Shown one piece after another: positions 16,435 to 26,448 of a DNA stretch of 35,931 bases. The stretch lies in IMG/VR virus record IMGVR_UViG_3300031519_000087, positions 1 to 35,931 of that record, one strand, 5' to 3'. The notes below the pieces were generated by a model, which saw only the letters and a list, made by a program, of their open reading frames with translations, ran no database searches and was not told the DNA's origin. This DNA is from a virus. Taxonomy: Duplodnaviria > Caudoviricetes. Numbering within the stretch: position 1 is the stretch's first letter; the number at the start of each line of letters is the position of its first letter. A program made the translations under genes and the position numbers.

Positions 16435-17043
16435 ATGGCTACACAAATCACACCTACTACAGAGCTTCAAGCTATCAACATTATGTTGTCACACATTGGA
16501 GAAGCTCCTGTAAATGCAATTACAGGTACAACATCAGTTGATGTATCTACAGCTAAAAATCTTTTAGATGAAACAAACATGTCAATCCAAACTTTAGGAT
16601 GGCATTTCAATACACATTACAATTACAAAACCTTATCCCTTGATTCCAACGGGAGAGTTCCCCTTCCAGCAAACTGCGTTAAAGCTGACGCTAGCGCTAG
16701 TGTTAGATTTTTAAATTACACAATGAGAAACGGTTACCTATATGACATGGAAACACACACAGATATATTTACTTCTGCACCATCTTTAGTTGACCTTGTT
16801 TTAGTACAACAATTTTCAGACTTACCAGAATACGCTAGACAATATATTGTAGCTAAAGCTTCAAGAAGATTTGCTTCAAGATTTGTTGGTGATAAAGAAA
16901 TTATTAGTTTAATATCAGCAGATGAACAAGAAGCATTAATGGCATTTCATCAAGCAGATAGTCAAGCGTCTGACATTAATATGTTAGAAGGTGACGCAAA
17001 TACTTATTCAATAATTAACAGAACTAAAAGAAGGACTTACTAA
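16435..17043 (+). CDS. gp11: Tail tubular protein A (adaptor)
   Basis: TELQAINIML..IGEAPV, GWHFN and LPEYARQYI motifs; AGGAG RBS. Confidence 0.96.
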   Translation: MATQITPTTELQAINIMLSHIGEAPVNAITGTTSVDVSTAKNLLDETNMSIQTLGWHFNTHYNYKTLSLDSNGRVPLPANCVKADASASVRFLNYTMRNGYLYDMETHTDIFTSAPSLVDLVLVQQFSDLPEYARQYIVAKASRRFASRFVGDKEIISLISADEQEALMAFHQADSQASDINMLEGDANTYSIINRTKRRTY

Positions 17044-19535
17044 TGGGTGGAGTAGTATCACAGAGTATTCCTAATTTTCTGAATGGTATCTCACAACAGT
17101 CTCCAACACAAAGAGGTATTAATCAGGGTGAGGAACAAATCAATTTACAAAACGGTATTGTAGATGGTTTGGCTAAAAGACCCCCTTTTGATTATGTAGC
17201 TACTTTAGATTCTACAAATGTTTATCCAAACACTACTAAATTTTGGTCTATTCAAAGAGATAAATCAAATCAATATATGATAGCTATTTATAATGGTGGT
17301 ATTAAAGTTTGGGATGTAGAAGGTAATTCAAAAGCAGTTACTATTGCAAGTGGTGCAGGTTACCTAGCTTCTACAAATCCTAAAAATGATTTTAGAATGG
17401 TTAACATTGCTGATTATACTTTTATAGCTAATACATCTAAAACAGTTTTAGCTGATACAAATTTAAGCACAGCTAAAGTACAAGAATTTTACATTAATAT
17501 TTTACTTACTAATTTTGGTAAAGAATATTCTGTAACAGTAAGACACCCTAATATGTCTTATGATATTAAAGCTTCATTACAATTACCTACTGGAAATGAT
17601 GCCGCAACAGATGGTAAATTTAGAGACACAGCACACATTGCTGATATATTATTTAAAGGAACTTCTAGTTCACATTTTAATTCTAGTTCTGATGCATCTT
17701 TTGATATTACAAGAACTGACACAGGTGCTTCTTTAGGAGCAACTACAGGTTTAGGAACAAATTCTGGTGTTACAAGTCATTTTACTATGACTCTTTTTTC
17801 AGGTGTTATTAGAGGTGTGTCTACAAATGGCAATGCTAACTTTACTGTTACAACAAGTGATGGTACAGGAAATACAGGAATGTTTGCAGTAAGAGATGAA
17901 ATTGTTGATTTTACAAAACTACCTTATTATGCAAGTACAGATAGTAAAATTAAAGTGACAGGAGATGAAGGTGATACTTTATCAGACTATTGGGTAAAAT
18001 TTGAATCTGATGGTGTGTGGAAAGAATGTATAGCACCAGCAGTTAGTTTAGGTTTAAACAATGCTACAATGCCTCATGCTTTAATTAATAATAATGATGG
18101 TACATTTACTTTTCAAGAAATTGATTGGACAGATAGAGTTGCTGGAGATGGTGAAACAAACTCTAGTCCTAGTTTTATTAACACTAATATAAACAATTTA
18201 TTATTTTATAAAAATAGATTAGGTGTGTTAGCAAGAGATAATTTAATTTTTACTGAAAATGCTAGCTTCTTTAACTTTTTTGCAAAAACAGTAACTCAAG
18301 TTTTAGATACAGACCCTATTGATATAGCGGCTTCTGGTTCTGAAGTTAATACTTTATTTGATAGTGTAGCTTTTAATGAGTCTTTACTTTTATTTTCTGA
18401 AAGAGCGCAATACAAATTAGGAAGTGTTGGAGAAACTATTTCACCATTAACTGCTGTATTAAATGAAGTATCAGCTTTTGAACATAACAAAAATGTTAAA
18501 CCAATTTCAGCAGGTAAATATGCATATTTTGCACAAGCAAGAAATAACAACTCAGCAATAAGAGAATACTATGCTGATGATGACACATTAACAAATGATG
18601 GATTAGACATTACTGTATCAGTACAAGATTTAATACCTAGTAATGCATATCAAATGATTGCAAACACAACAGAAGATACACTAATTACATTATGTTCTGA
18701 CACTGTTGACACACAAATTGCACCTTATACTACTGGTACTGATTTAACATCTACTCATGGTGGCACTATGTTTATCTATAAATATTTCTTTGATAGTGGA
18801 GAAAAAGTACAAACAGCATGGTCAAAATGGACTTTAACTAATGGTAAAATTATTGGTGGAATGACATTTGAAAGTTTTGTTTATTTGATGGTATCTGAAG
18901 GACAAACAACAAAATTATTAAAAATTGATTTAAGAAATTTAAAAGATACTACAACAGGTTTTGGAATTTATTTAGATTTAAAAACTAAAGTTACAGGTAC
19001 TTATGCAAGTGGCACAGGTTTAACAACTGTTACTTCACCTTACGGTGTAAAAACAGGTTTAATAGCTGTTGATGCTACTAACGGAAACAATTTTACATTA
19101 ACACCTACAACTGGGTCTTCTTATACATTATTAGGTAATCATACTGATATTTGGTTAGGAAGGACTTATGAATCTAAATACAGAATGTCACCTCAGTATA
19201 TTAGAGAAAATACTGGTAGAGGATTAATTGCAGTTACTTCAGGTAGATATCAAATTAGAAATATATCTTTTAATTATGAGCACTCAGGTTACTTTCAAGT
19301 AGAAGTAACACCTCAAAATAGAGATACAAATTATTCGTTTATGAATGGATATGTTATTGGCACAGCTACAAGTTTAGTAGGTGTACCAGCAATAAGTGGT
19401 GGTACGATTAAAGTACCCGTTTCATGTAAGAACACAGATTTTACATTGGATATTAAAAGTAGCTCTCATTTGCCTATGTATATAGCTAGTGCAGAAGTAG
19501 AAGGTTACTACCACAGTCGTTCAACAAGGATTTAA
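17043..19535 (+). CDS. gp12: Tail tubular protein B (nozzle)
   Basis: SIPNFLNGISQQ, GLAKRPP, TMPHAL, FYKNRLG, DPIDI and QTAWSKW motifs; 830 aa. Confidence 0.97.
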   Translation: MGGVVSQSIPNFLNGISQQSPTQRGINQGEEQINLQNGIVDGLAKRPPFDYVATLDSTNVYPNTTKFWSIQRDKSNQYMIAIYNGGIKVWDVEGNSKAVTIASGAGYLASTNPKNDFRMVNIADYTFIANTSKTVLADTNLSTAKVQEFYINILLTNFGKEYSVTVRHPNMSYDIKASLQLPTGNDAATDGKFRDTAHIADILFKGTSSSHFNSSSDASFDITRTDTGASLGATTGLGTNSGVTSHFTMTLFSGVIRGVSTNGNANFTVTTSDGTGNTGMFAVRDEIVDFTKLPYYASTDSKIKVTGDEGDTLSDYWVKFESDGVWKECIAPAVSLGLNNATMPHALINNNDGTFTFQEIDWTDRVAGDGETNSSPSFINTNINNLLFYKNRLGVLARDNLIFTENASFFNFFAKTVTQVLDTDPIDIAASGSEVNTLFDSVAFNESLLLFSERAQYKLGSVGETISPLTAVLNEVSAFEHNKNVKPISAGKYAYFAQARNNNSAIREYYADDDTLTNDGLDITVSVQDLIPSNAYQMIANTTEDTLITLCSDTVDTQIAPYTTGTDLTSTHGGTMFIYKYFFDSGEKVQTAWSKWTLTNGKIIGGMTFESFVYLMVSEGQTTKLLKIDLRNLKDTTTGFGIYLDLKTKVTGTYASGTGLTTVTSPYGVKTGLIAVDATNGNNFTLTPTTGSSYTLLGNHTDIWLGRTYESKYRMSPQYIRENTGRGLIAVTSGRYQIRNISFNYEHSGYFQVEVTPQNRDTNYSFMNGYVIGTATSLVGVPAISGGTIKVPVSCKNTDFTLDIKSSSHLPMYIASAEVEGYYHSRSTRI

Positions 19536-19537
19536 TT

Positions 19538-20017
19538 ATGATTAAAGAAAATTATGTAAGACCCGCTATTCTAAAAGATGCCTTAGAATTAGCACCAAAA
19601 ATAAGAAAAGGTGACCGAGAAGAAATACAAGCTTCTGGTAATATATCACCTTTAAAAGCTTTAGTAGTACCTTTTACACAAGATAGAGCAAAAATATACA
19701 GTGTAATTGGAACTGAATCTGAAGGTGTTATAGGTATGTTTGGTGTTGCATCTTGTGCTGACCCTGAATATGGTGTGGCATGGATGTTATCTAGTGAAAA
19801 ATTATTTAAACATACAAAACAATTTATAAAAGAATGTCCACAATGGATAGAAGAAATGGGTAAAGGCTACAAATATTTATATAATTTTGTAGATAAAAGA
19901 AATTGGAAGTCACTTAAATGGCTTCAGTATCTTGGTTTTGAACCATCTACCGAAATTAAAGATTACGGATATGGTAAGATTCCATTTTTATTAATGATGA
20001 AGGAGATAAACAAATAA
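19538..20017 (+). CDS. gp13: gp13-like internal virion protein A, GNAT-like fold
   Basis: R..D.EE, GVAWML and LYNFVDKRNWKSLKWLQYLGF motifs; synteny after gp12. Confidence 0.85.
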   Translation: MIKENYVRPAILKDALELAPKIRKGDREEIQASGNISPLKALVVPFTQDRAKIYSVIGTESEGVIGMFGVASCADPEYGVAWMLSSEKLFKHTKQFIKECPQWIEEMGKGYKYLYNFVDKRNWKSLKWLQYLGFEPSTEIKDYGYGKIPFLLMMKEINK

Positions 20018-20550
20018 TGTGTGACCCAGTATCAGCCACAGTTGCCGGATTAAAAGTTATGACAGCAATGCAAGAATACAGAAGCGCTAAAGCTGTTGCT
20101 AAAGGAAAACAAATTGCTAATGAAAAAACAAGAAGAAATTCTGATAGAGCATATTTAAATGATATAGCAAAAATAGATGCTGAAGCTGTTTCAGCAACTA
20201 GAGAAAAAGTAGCGGCAGAATTTGAACTTAGTCAAGAAGCTAATAAAGAAGAAGCCAAAGCATTAAACACAAATGCTGGTAATGCTACCAAAATTATTCA
20301 AGACATAGCAGGAACACAAGACATGCAATTTTTAGGAGTTATTAGAGATTTTGATACAGATGTATTTAATTTAGCTAATCAAGAAACTGAAGCTTATTCT
20401 GCACAAGAACGAAGATACAATAGTATTGCACCAGTAGTTATGCCAAGTAAAACTGGTTTATTACTTGAAGTTGGAACTATTGGTATGACCAGTTATCAAA
20501 ACAATAAAAAAGCTACAGCACCAGACACAGGTGAAGTGGTGGCTCCATAA
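20017..20550 (+). CDS. Internal virion (ejection) protein B, gp14-like
   Basis: MCDP N-terminus, Ala-rich helical, 177 aa; synteny. Confidence 0.8.
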   Translation: MCDPVSATVAGLKVMTAMQEYRSAKAVAKGKQIANEKTRRNSDRAYLNDIAKIDAEAVSATREKVAAEFELSQEANKEEAKALNTNAGNATKIIQDIAGTQDMQFLGVIRDFDTDVFNLANQETEAYSAQERRYNSIAPVVMPSKTGLLLEVGTIGMTSYQNNKKATAPDTGEVVAP

Positions 20551-20564
20551 CATAGGATATAAAC

Positions 20565-22559
20565 ATGGCTTATAAATCAAGAGTATCAAACAAATACATG
20601 GGCGCAAGTTTTGCGGGTAATGTAAACTCAGCAAATAAAAGTGACGCTACAGATTTAATTAACATTTTAAGAAGAGATGTTAACCCTGCATTAGAACAAG
20701 CTGGTAATACTTATGTTGCAAATAAAAAGAATGATGCTAAAGCCGAGCTTAATAAATTACTTTTAACTAAATCAGCAGACCAAATTGAACAAGAAATTTT
20801 AAAAGGATTACATCCTAGTTTAAGTGGTACTTTTGTTGACAAAACTGTATCATACCACACAGGTAAATTTCAAGCAGTAGAAGCAATTGAACAAATTAAT
20901 TTAAACAAAGAAGAAAAGTATGACCATCAAACAAATAATTTACCAGCATTTTATAAAGATTATTTACCTAATTTTAAAGAAAAAGATGGCTCATATGCTT
21001 TAGGTTTTGCTTCTGTTTTTAACGAATATAAAGCTAATGAATCTATAGCAGATGCTAAAGTTAGAAGTACATTTGCTTATAATAAAAAGATTGATGAAGG
21101 AGTTAAAATAGCTTTAAATGGTACAGCAGGTTCATTTTGGGAAACAGTTAATAAAGGTTTAGATTATAAATTACCCCCAGAATTAGGTAGCACAGTCTCA
21201 GGTAAAATGTATAACAATAAAGAAAAAAATGACATTGCACTTGCATCAGCAGAATATTTATTAAACACAGCTACAGGTACAGATGAAATAGATAGAGCTA
21301 TTAATATTCTAACTGTAGATAGAGGTTATGGTTCAGATGGTCAAAAATTAGGTTCATTATTAAATACAAAAAGAGAAGATGTTAGTGAAAAATTAAAATT
21401 ACTAAGAGCTAAAAGAGTGGCACTTGAAAATCAAAGTAGATATGATAAAGATGAAAATAGAAAAAATGAAATTAGACAAATCTTTATAGATTCAAATGCA
21501 GAAAGAAATAGTAAAACTGCTGAAGCAAAAGGTGCTACACCTATAATGATGCGTAAAAATTACAGTGAACAATTAGAATTAAGAAAAAAACTAGCTACTT
21601 ATGGTGACCCTACTGCACTAGCGGCTTTTGATACTATGGTAGATAATAATAGGTTTGTCAATACAGACCCACAGGTATTTACTCAAATTACAAGTGATAT
21701 ATTTGAAAATAAATATACAAGCACACAAGACCTTATGAGAGATTTAATTTCTAAAAATGTGTCTTCAAGTGATTATGCACAAGCTTTAAGATATTTTAGT
21801 ACACAAGAACAGAATTTTGAAAAAGGTATTAAACCTATTTATAAAAGTGATGATACTTACTCTAGTGGAATGACAGATATTATTAGAACAATTCAAGGTA
21901 ATTTTAAAGTTGGTATTCCGGGAATGGAAAAACCTAACTCTGGAGAAGCAATTCGTAATGCTAATGCATACATGAAAGCACAAATTATTAAATATGAAGA
22001 TGACTATTTAGCAGAAAATGGTAAAGCACCTTCACTTGATGAGAAAGCTAAATGGATGATGCAATTAGGTAATATAATGAAAACAAGATTTATTCCTGAT
22101 GATTTACAACCTAGCATGGAAGATGTAACTGTTTATGAAGCAGAACAAAAAGAGATACAAGCAAAACAAGAAGCAAAAGATTTAGCTTATAAAGAAGCTG
22201 GTGTTGCTGATGTTCTTACTGCTTTAAATGATAGATTTGAATTAGATACAGGAATGTTAAATGTACCTGTAGCAGATTTGAGTATGTTTGGTGATGATAC
22301 TTCATTGTTTAGTTTTGATGCTAAAGATAAAGCAAACTTTAAAGCAGATAAAATTATTCCATTTATGCAAACATATTTAGAAACAGCTTTAGCAGATGCC
22401 GGTGTGTCTTTTAATTCAGATGTTATGAAAGCGTTAGAACCTAAAGATTTCAATAATTTAATTAGAAATATAGCAAAACAATTTACAACAGGTGGTCAAA
22501 CAATAGACCCAATTGACATTAGTAATATTTTAAAAAACATAGTTAAACAGCAAGGATAA
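20565..22559 (+). CDS. Internal virion (ejection) protein C, gp15-like
   Basis: 664-aa helical protein in the gp15 position. Assignment by synteny only. Confidence 0.7.
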   Translation: MAYKSRVSNKYMGASFAGNVNSANKSDATDLINILRRDVNPALEQAGNTYVANKKNDAKAELNKLLLTKSADQIEQEILKGLHPSLSGTFVDKTVSYHTGKFQAVEAIEQINLNKEEKYDHQTNNLPAFYKDYLPNFKEKDGSYALGFASVFNEYKANESIADAKVRSTFAYNKKIDEGVKIALNGTAGSFWETVNKGLDYKLPPELGSTVSGKMYNNKEKNDIALASAEYLLNTATGTDEIDRAINILTVDRGYGSDGQKLGSLLNTKREDVSEKLKLLRAKRVALENQSRYDKDENRKNEIRQIFIDSNAERNSKTAEAKGATPIMMRKNYSEQLELRKKLATYGDPTALAAFDTMVDNNRFVNTDPQVFTQITSDIFENKYTSTQDLMRDLISKNVSSSDYAQALRYFSTQEQNFEKGIKPIYKSDDTYSSGMTDIIRTIQGNFKVGIPGMEKPNSGEAIRNANAYMKAQIIKYEDDYLAENGKAPSLDEKAKWMMQLGNIMKTRFIPDDLQPSMEDVTVYEAEQKEIQAKQEAKDLAYKEAGVADVLTALNDRFELDTGMLNVPVADLSMFGDDTSLFSFDAKDKANFKADKIIPFMQTYLETALADAGVSFNSDVMKALEPKDFNNLIRNIAKQFTTGGQTIDPIDISNILKNIVKQQG

Positions 22560-22562
22560 TAA

Positions 22563-25500
22563 ATGGCAGAATTTTTAGATAGTAACCTCTATACTAATTC
22601 CAGTGAATTACAAAAAGCACAATCAGCAGAAGCGGCACTAGAAGAAATTCAAACTGAAAGATTTTCCAATACATTAAAAAGTTATTACAGCTACAGAGAT
22701 GGTGGTCAAGTGTCTACACTTAACAGTGCAGATTTATTAGATTATTTTTACGAAGATAGGTCTTGGAGAAACAACAATACTATTTCTATGGGTATGGATT
22801 TAACAAACATGATGGGTTCTAATGCTGAAAGAGTAAAAGAATTTGCATATATTCAACAAACTTATTCATCTTTACCTTCTTTTTGGAATGACCCAAATAG
22901 AAATTTTGGTGGATGGTTAATTGACAATGGTGGTGCAATGTTACTTGACCCTATTAATTTAATTGGTGTAGGTGTTGGTGGACAAGCGGCTAAACAAAGT
23001 TTTAAACTAGGTCTTAAAGAATTATTAAAATCTAAAATGGCAGGCGAAATTAATAAAGCGGCTATTGAAGAAATGGCACAACAAGCTACTAAAGCGGCTA
23101 TGGGTAAAGCAATTAAAAAAGGTGCTATCTATGAAGGTTACTTTGGTGCTATTACCAATGGTGTCCAAGATATGATTTTACAAAATACAGCAATTAAAGC
23201 TGATGTTCAAACTGAATTAGATTTAAGACAAACAGCTTTAAGCACTGCGGCTGGCTTTGGTTTTGGTACTGTTTTTGGTGGTGCATTTACTGCGGGTGCT
23301 TTTAAAATTACAAATAGAAATTTGAAAAATACTGCTGTAAAAAACTTAGCCGACATACATGAATTTGGACAAAGTAATATAACTGGTAGAATGCTTTTTA
23401 AAGATTTAAGTGAAAAAAAAGCAAAACCTGAATTATACAAAAACCAACCTAAAAAAACTAAAGCACAAATTGCAAAAGAAATGGACAATGCTGACCTTAA
23501 CGGTGATACATTTAATATGCGATTTCGTGATTTTAAACCTGAGCGTATTTCAGGAGAAGATAAACCTTCAAACATCCCTATTAACATTACAAGATACACA
23601 CCCGGAGCTTATCGTTTTTTAATTAAACAAAGAGCAAAAGAATTAAAAAATAAAGTAGACAGTGGAGAAACAATTTCACTAGATGACATGGTAGAAATAG
23701 CGGCAAAGCGTCAAATAGAAATGGGCAATGACCCTGCTGTTGTAAGAGTTCAACTTAGAAAAATGGCAAAAGACCCTAAGATGAAAGAACAATTTGCTTA
23801 TAGAGTTATTGCTGGAGATTTACTTGCTAAAGATGCGGCTGAATTAGTTTCAAAATCTAATGAATTAGGAAGAATAGATTTAACAGCAACTAGAAGAAAA
23901 CAATTATTACAAGAGTGGAATGATATAGAAGCTGGTTTAGATGAGTTAGTACAGATTAATTCTGACTTAGGAACTGCGGGAGCAAGAAGTGTTACTGCGG
24001 GTAGAATTATAAAAGACAAAACTAGAGCGGCACAATTAATAGCAAATCCTGAAGACCCTAAAATGAAAGCTAAAAAAGCTGGCGATAAAGAAGCTTTTAT
24101 AGAAGCTCTTGGAAAACTTGATGATGATGAACAAGTTATCTTAGCTTTACAAAATTCTAAAACAGTTAGTAAATGGGATTTAGCGGCTGAGTATGTAAAT
24201 AACAATTTACTATCTTCTCCTGATACACATGAGTTAAATCTTATTTCAGGTTTATTACAAACACAATGGAAACCTTTTGTTATGCTTTTAAGAAGTTTAA
24301 ACATGGTTACTACTGATAGAAATAAAGCAATGACAATTGCCAGAGAAGCAATACAAACTTATATTTATCAATATATATATTTAGGTCACGCTTTTAAAAA
24401 AGCTGGTCAAACACTTATTAAAGGAAGAGCTACTTTAGATAGTGGTCAAATGAAATTTGATGGTAACATTAGACAAGGACAATTACAAAGATTTATAAGT
24501 GCAATGGGTAAAACTATTTCTGAGCCTATTGCTGAAATTGGTGCTAGAATTTCTAATGATGCAATTGGTAGTATAGCAGGTAAAGTAGTACAAGCTCCGT
24601 TTGAAGTTGCTGGATTTGCTCAAACAATTCCTTTAAGAGTTCTTGCCGCAGGTGATGAATTTATGAAAACTATGGCTTTTAAAGCTAGAATGACTTCTAT
24701 TATTAATACTGAAATAATGAGAACAAATCCTGAATATGGTATATTTGTTAAAGGAAAAGTTTTTACAGAAGATTATAAATTAAAATTTAAAGAATTAGAA
24801 AAGAAATTTATAGATGAAAATGGTGTTGCAAAAGCAATAGGAACTACTGTTGGTGAAAATTTAAATGCACCTTTACAGTATGCTAGAGATGTATCATTTA
24901 CTAATACAGCTTATTCTACAAATCCTACTACAGGTGAAGAAGAAGGTGGAATTACTGGTTACATTTTAGATGAAACATCAAAAGGTAAATTAAGAAGTTT
25001 TAGAGTATTAGGTCTTCACTTTATTAATACACCTTCAAATTTATTAAGATGGAATTTTCAACATTTACCATTATTAGGTAGATACCAATTTCAAATGAGA
25101 CACATGTTAGCAGAAGCAGAAGATGTAGCAGATGGCTCAGTAAAACATGTTGCTAGAAAAGGTTTTGCTGGTTTAACTTCTCTTAAATCTGGATTATCAA
25201 GCACAAAGAAAAATTATTTAAATCCAGAAGCGGCGGCAGAAGCTAATGCTAGAATACAAGCAGGTTGGATGCTTTGGTCATCAGCGTTTGCACTTGTGTC
25301 AGCAGGTAGATTTACAGGTGGTGGTCATTCTGATTGGCGTGAAAATGAGTCTAAAGCAGATTTAGTAGGATGGAAACCTTATGCCTATAAAACAGCAGAT
25401 GGTAGATATATTCAATTTAACAGGTTAGACCCTATTATGACTCCAATATTTATTATGGCTGATATATTTGAAACACTAGATAAAACTAATGGTGTTATAG

Positions 25501-26414
25501 ACCCTAAAGTAGAGTCAGGCATCCATGAATTAGTAATGGGAACAGTGATGGGTTTATCAAGAAATTTAACTTCTAAATTTTATACAAAAAACATTATGGA
25601 CACTTACCAATCTTTTTTTGGTGGTGGACTTGCTTCTGCAAGAAAACCTGAACAAAGAATAGAAGCTTCTTTTGCCAAAGGTTTGTATAAATTTCTACCG
25701 TTATCAGGTGGTATTAGGTATGCAGATAGAATTACAGATGAATTTGAAAAAGATTTATGGACATTTAGTGATAGAATGCAAAGATATTTTCAAGACAATC
25801 CTAATGAAAAAGTAATGACTAAACGAAACATTTGGGGTGAAAAGATAAAAACTAAAAGAGCATGGTTGTTTGGATTAGGGGGAGACTCTGGAGTTATTTC
25901 TAGTCCATTTGGCATGACTGCGTTTAAAAATAATGCAACCGCTAGATTTTTTAACAGTGATGAAAGAGAAAACATTAGTTATAGACAACCTTCTGCTGTT
26001 GCTAAAAATATAAATAACCAAGATGTTGATTTAAAAACTCTTAGAAATTCATCAGGACAAACAGCTTATGACAGGTGGTTAGAAATTAAAAGTGAATTAA
26101 GACTTACTTCTTCAGGAAGTGTCTCTATTAGTGGTAAAGGTGTTAGTTTAAAAGATTACATAGAAAATTTAATTGCAGATGATGATAGTAATTTATATAC
26201 TCAGCCTTCAGGAGTAAGACAAGGAAAAGACCTTCAACAAATGTTTATTATGAGTATTATACATGGTGTTGAAAATGTCGCATATAATGTAATGCAACAA
26301 GAATTTCCTCAATTAATAGCTATTCAAGAAACAGAAATTAAAGATTTAATACAAGATTATAAAAACCAAAATCAAAAGAAAAAAGGAACATTAAACCTTT
26401 TAACAAACAATTAA
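22563..26414 (+). CDS. Internal virion (ejection) protein D, gp16-like
   Basis: 1283 aa with NNLLSSPDTH, RVLAAGDEFMK, FINTP.N and RLDP segments; last gene before the tail fibre. Confidence 0.8.
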   Translation: MAEFLDSNLYTNSSELQKAQSAEAALEEIQTERFSNTLKSYYSYRDGGQVSTLNSADLLDYFYEDRSWRNNNTISMGMDLTNMMGSNAERVKEFAYIQQTYSSLPSFWNDPNRNFGGWLIDNGGAMLLDPINLIGVGVGGQAAKQSFKLGLKELLKSKMAGEINKAAIEEMAQQATKAAMGKAIKKGAIYEGYFGAITNGVQDMILQNTAIKADVQTELDLRQTALSTAAGFGFGTVFGGAFTAGAFKITNRNLKNTAVKNLADIHEFGQSNITGRMLFKDLSEKKAKPELYKNQPKKTKAQIAKEMDNADLNGDTFNMRFRDFKPERISGEDKPSNIPINITRYTPGAYRFLIKQRAKELKNKVDSGETISLDDMVEIAAKRQIEMGNDPAVVRVQLRKMAKDPKMKEQFAYRVIAGDLLAKDAAELVSKSNELGRIDLTATRRKQLLQEWNDIEAGLDELVQINSDLGTAGARSVTAGRIIKDKTRAAQLIANPEDPKMKAKKAGDKEAFIEALGKLDDDEQVILALQNSKTVSKWDLAAEYVNNNLLSSPDTHELNLISGLLQTQWKPFVMLLRSLNMVTTDRNKAMTIAREAIQTYIYQYIYLGHAFKKAGQTLIKGRATLDSGQMKFDGNIRQGQLQRFISAMGKTISEPIAEIGARISNDAIGSIAGKVVQAPFEVAGFAQTIPLRVLAAGDEFMKTMAFKARMTSIINTEIMRTNPEYGIFVKGKVFTEDYKLKFKELEKKFIDENGVAKAIGTTVGENLNAPLQYARDVSFTNTAYSTNPTTGEEEGGITGYILDETSKGKLRSFRVLGLHFINTPSNLLRWNFQHLPLLGRYQFQMRHMLAEAEDVADGSVKHVARKGFAGLTSLKSGLSSTKKNYLNPEAAAEANARIQAGWMLWSSAFALVSAGRFTGGGHSDWRENESKADLVGWKPYAYKTADGRYIQFNRLDPIMTPIFIMADIFETLDKTNGVIDPKVESGIHELVMGTVMGLSRNLTSKFYTKNIMDTYQSFFGGGLASARKPEQRIEASFAKGLYKFLPLSGGIRYADRITDEFEKDLWTFSDRMQRYFQDNPNEKVMTKRNIWGEKIKTKRAWLFGLGGDSGVISSPFGMTAFKNNATARFFNSDERENISYRQPSAVAKNINNQDVDLKTLRNSSGQTAYDRWLEIKSELRLTSSGSVSISGKGVSLKDYIENLIADDDSNLYTQPSGVRQGKDLQQMFIMSIIHGVENVAYNVMQQEFPQLIAIQETEIKDLIQDYKNQNQKKKGTLNLLTNN

Positions 26415-26420
26415 CACAAA

Positions 26421-26436
26421 GTACCCCTTTTAGAAG
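26421..26436 (+). promoter_or_regulatory. Putative late phage RNAP promoter, phi17-like (GTACCCCTTTTAGAAG)
   Basis: Near-identical to 12357-12372; intergenic, just upstream of the tail fibre gene. Confidence 0.75.
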
Positions 26437-26448
26437 AGATTAAAAATT

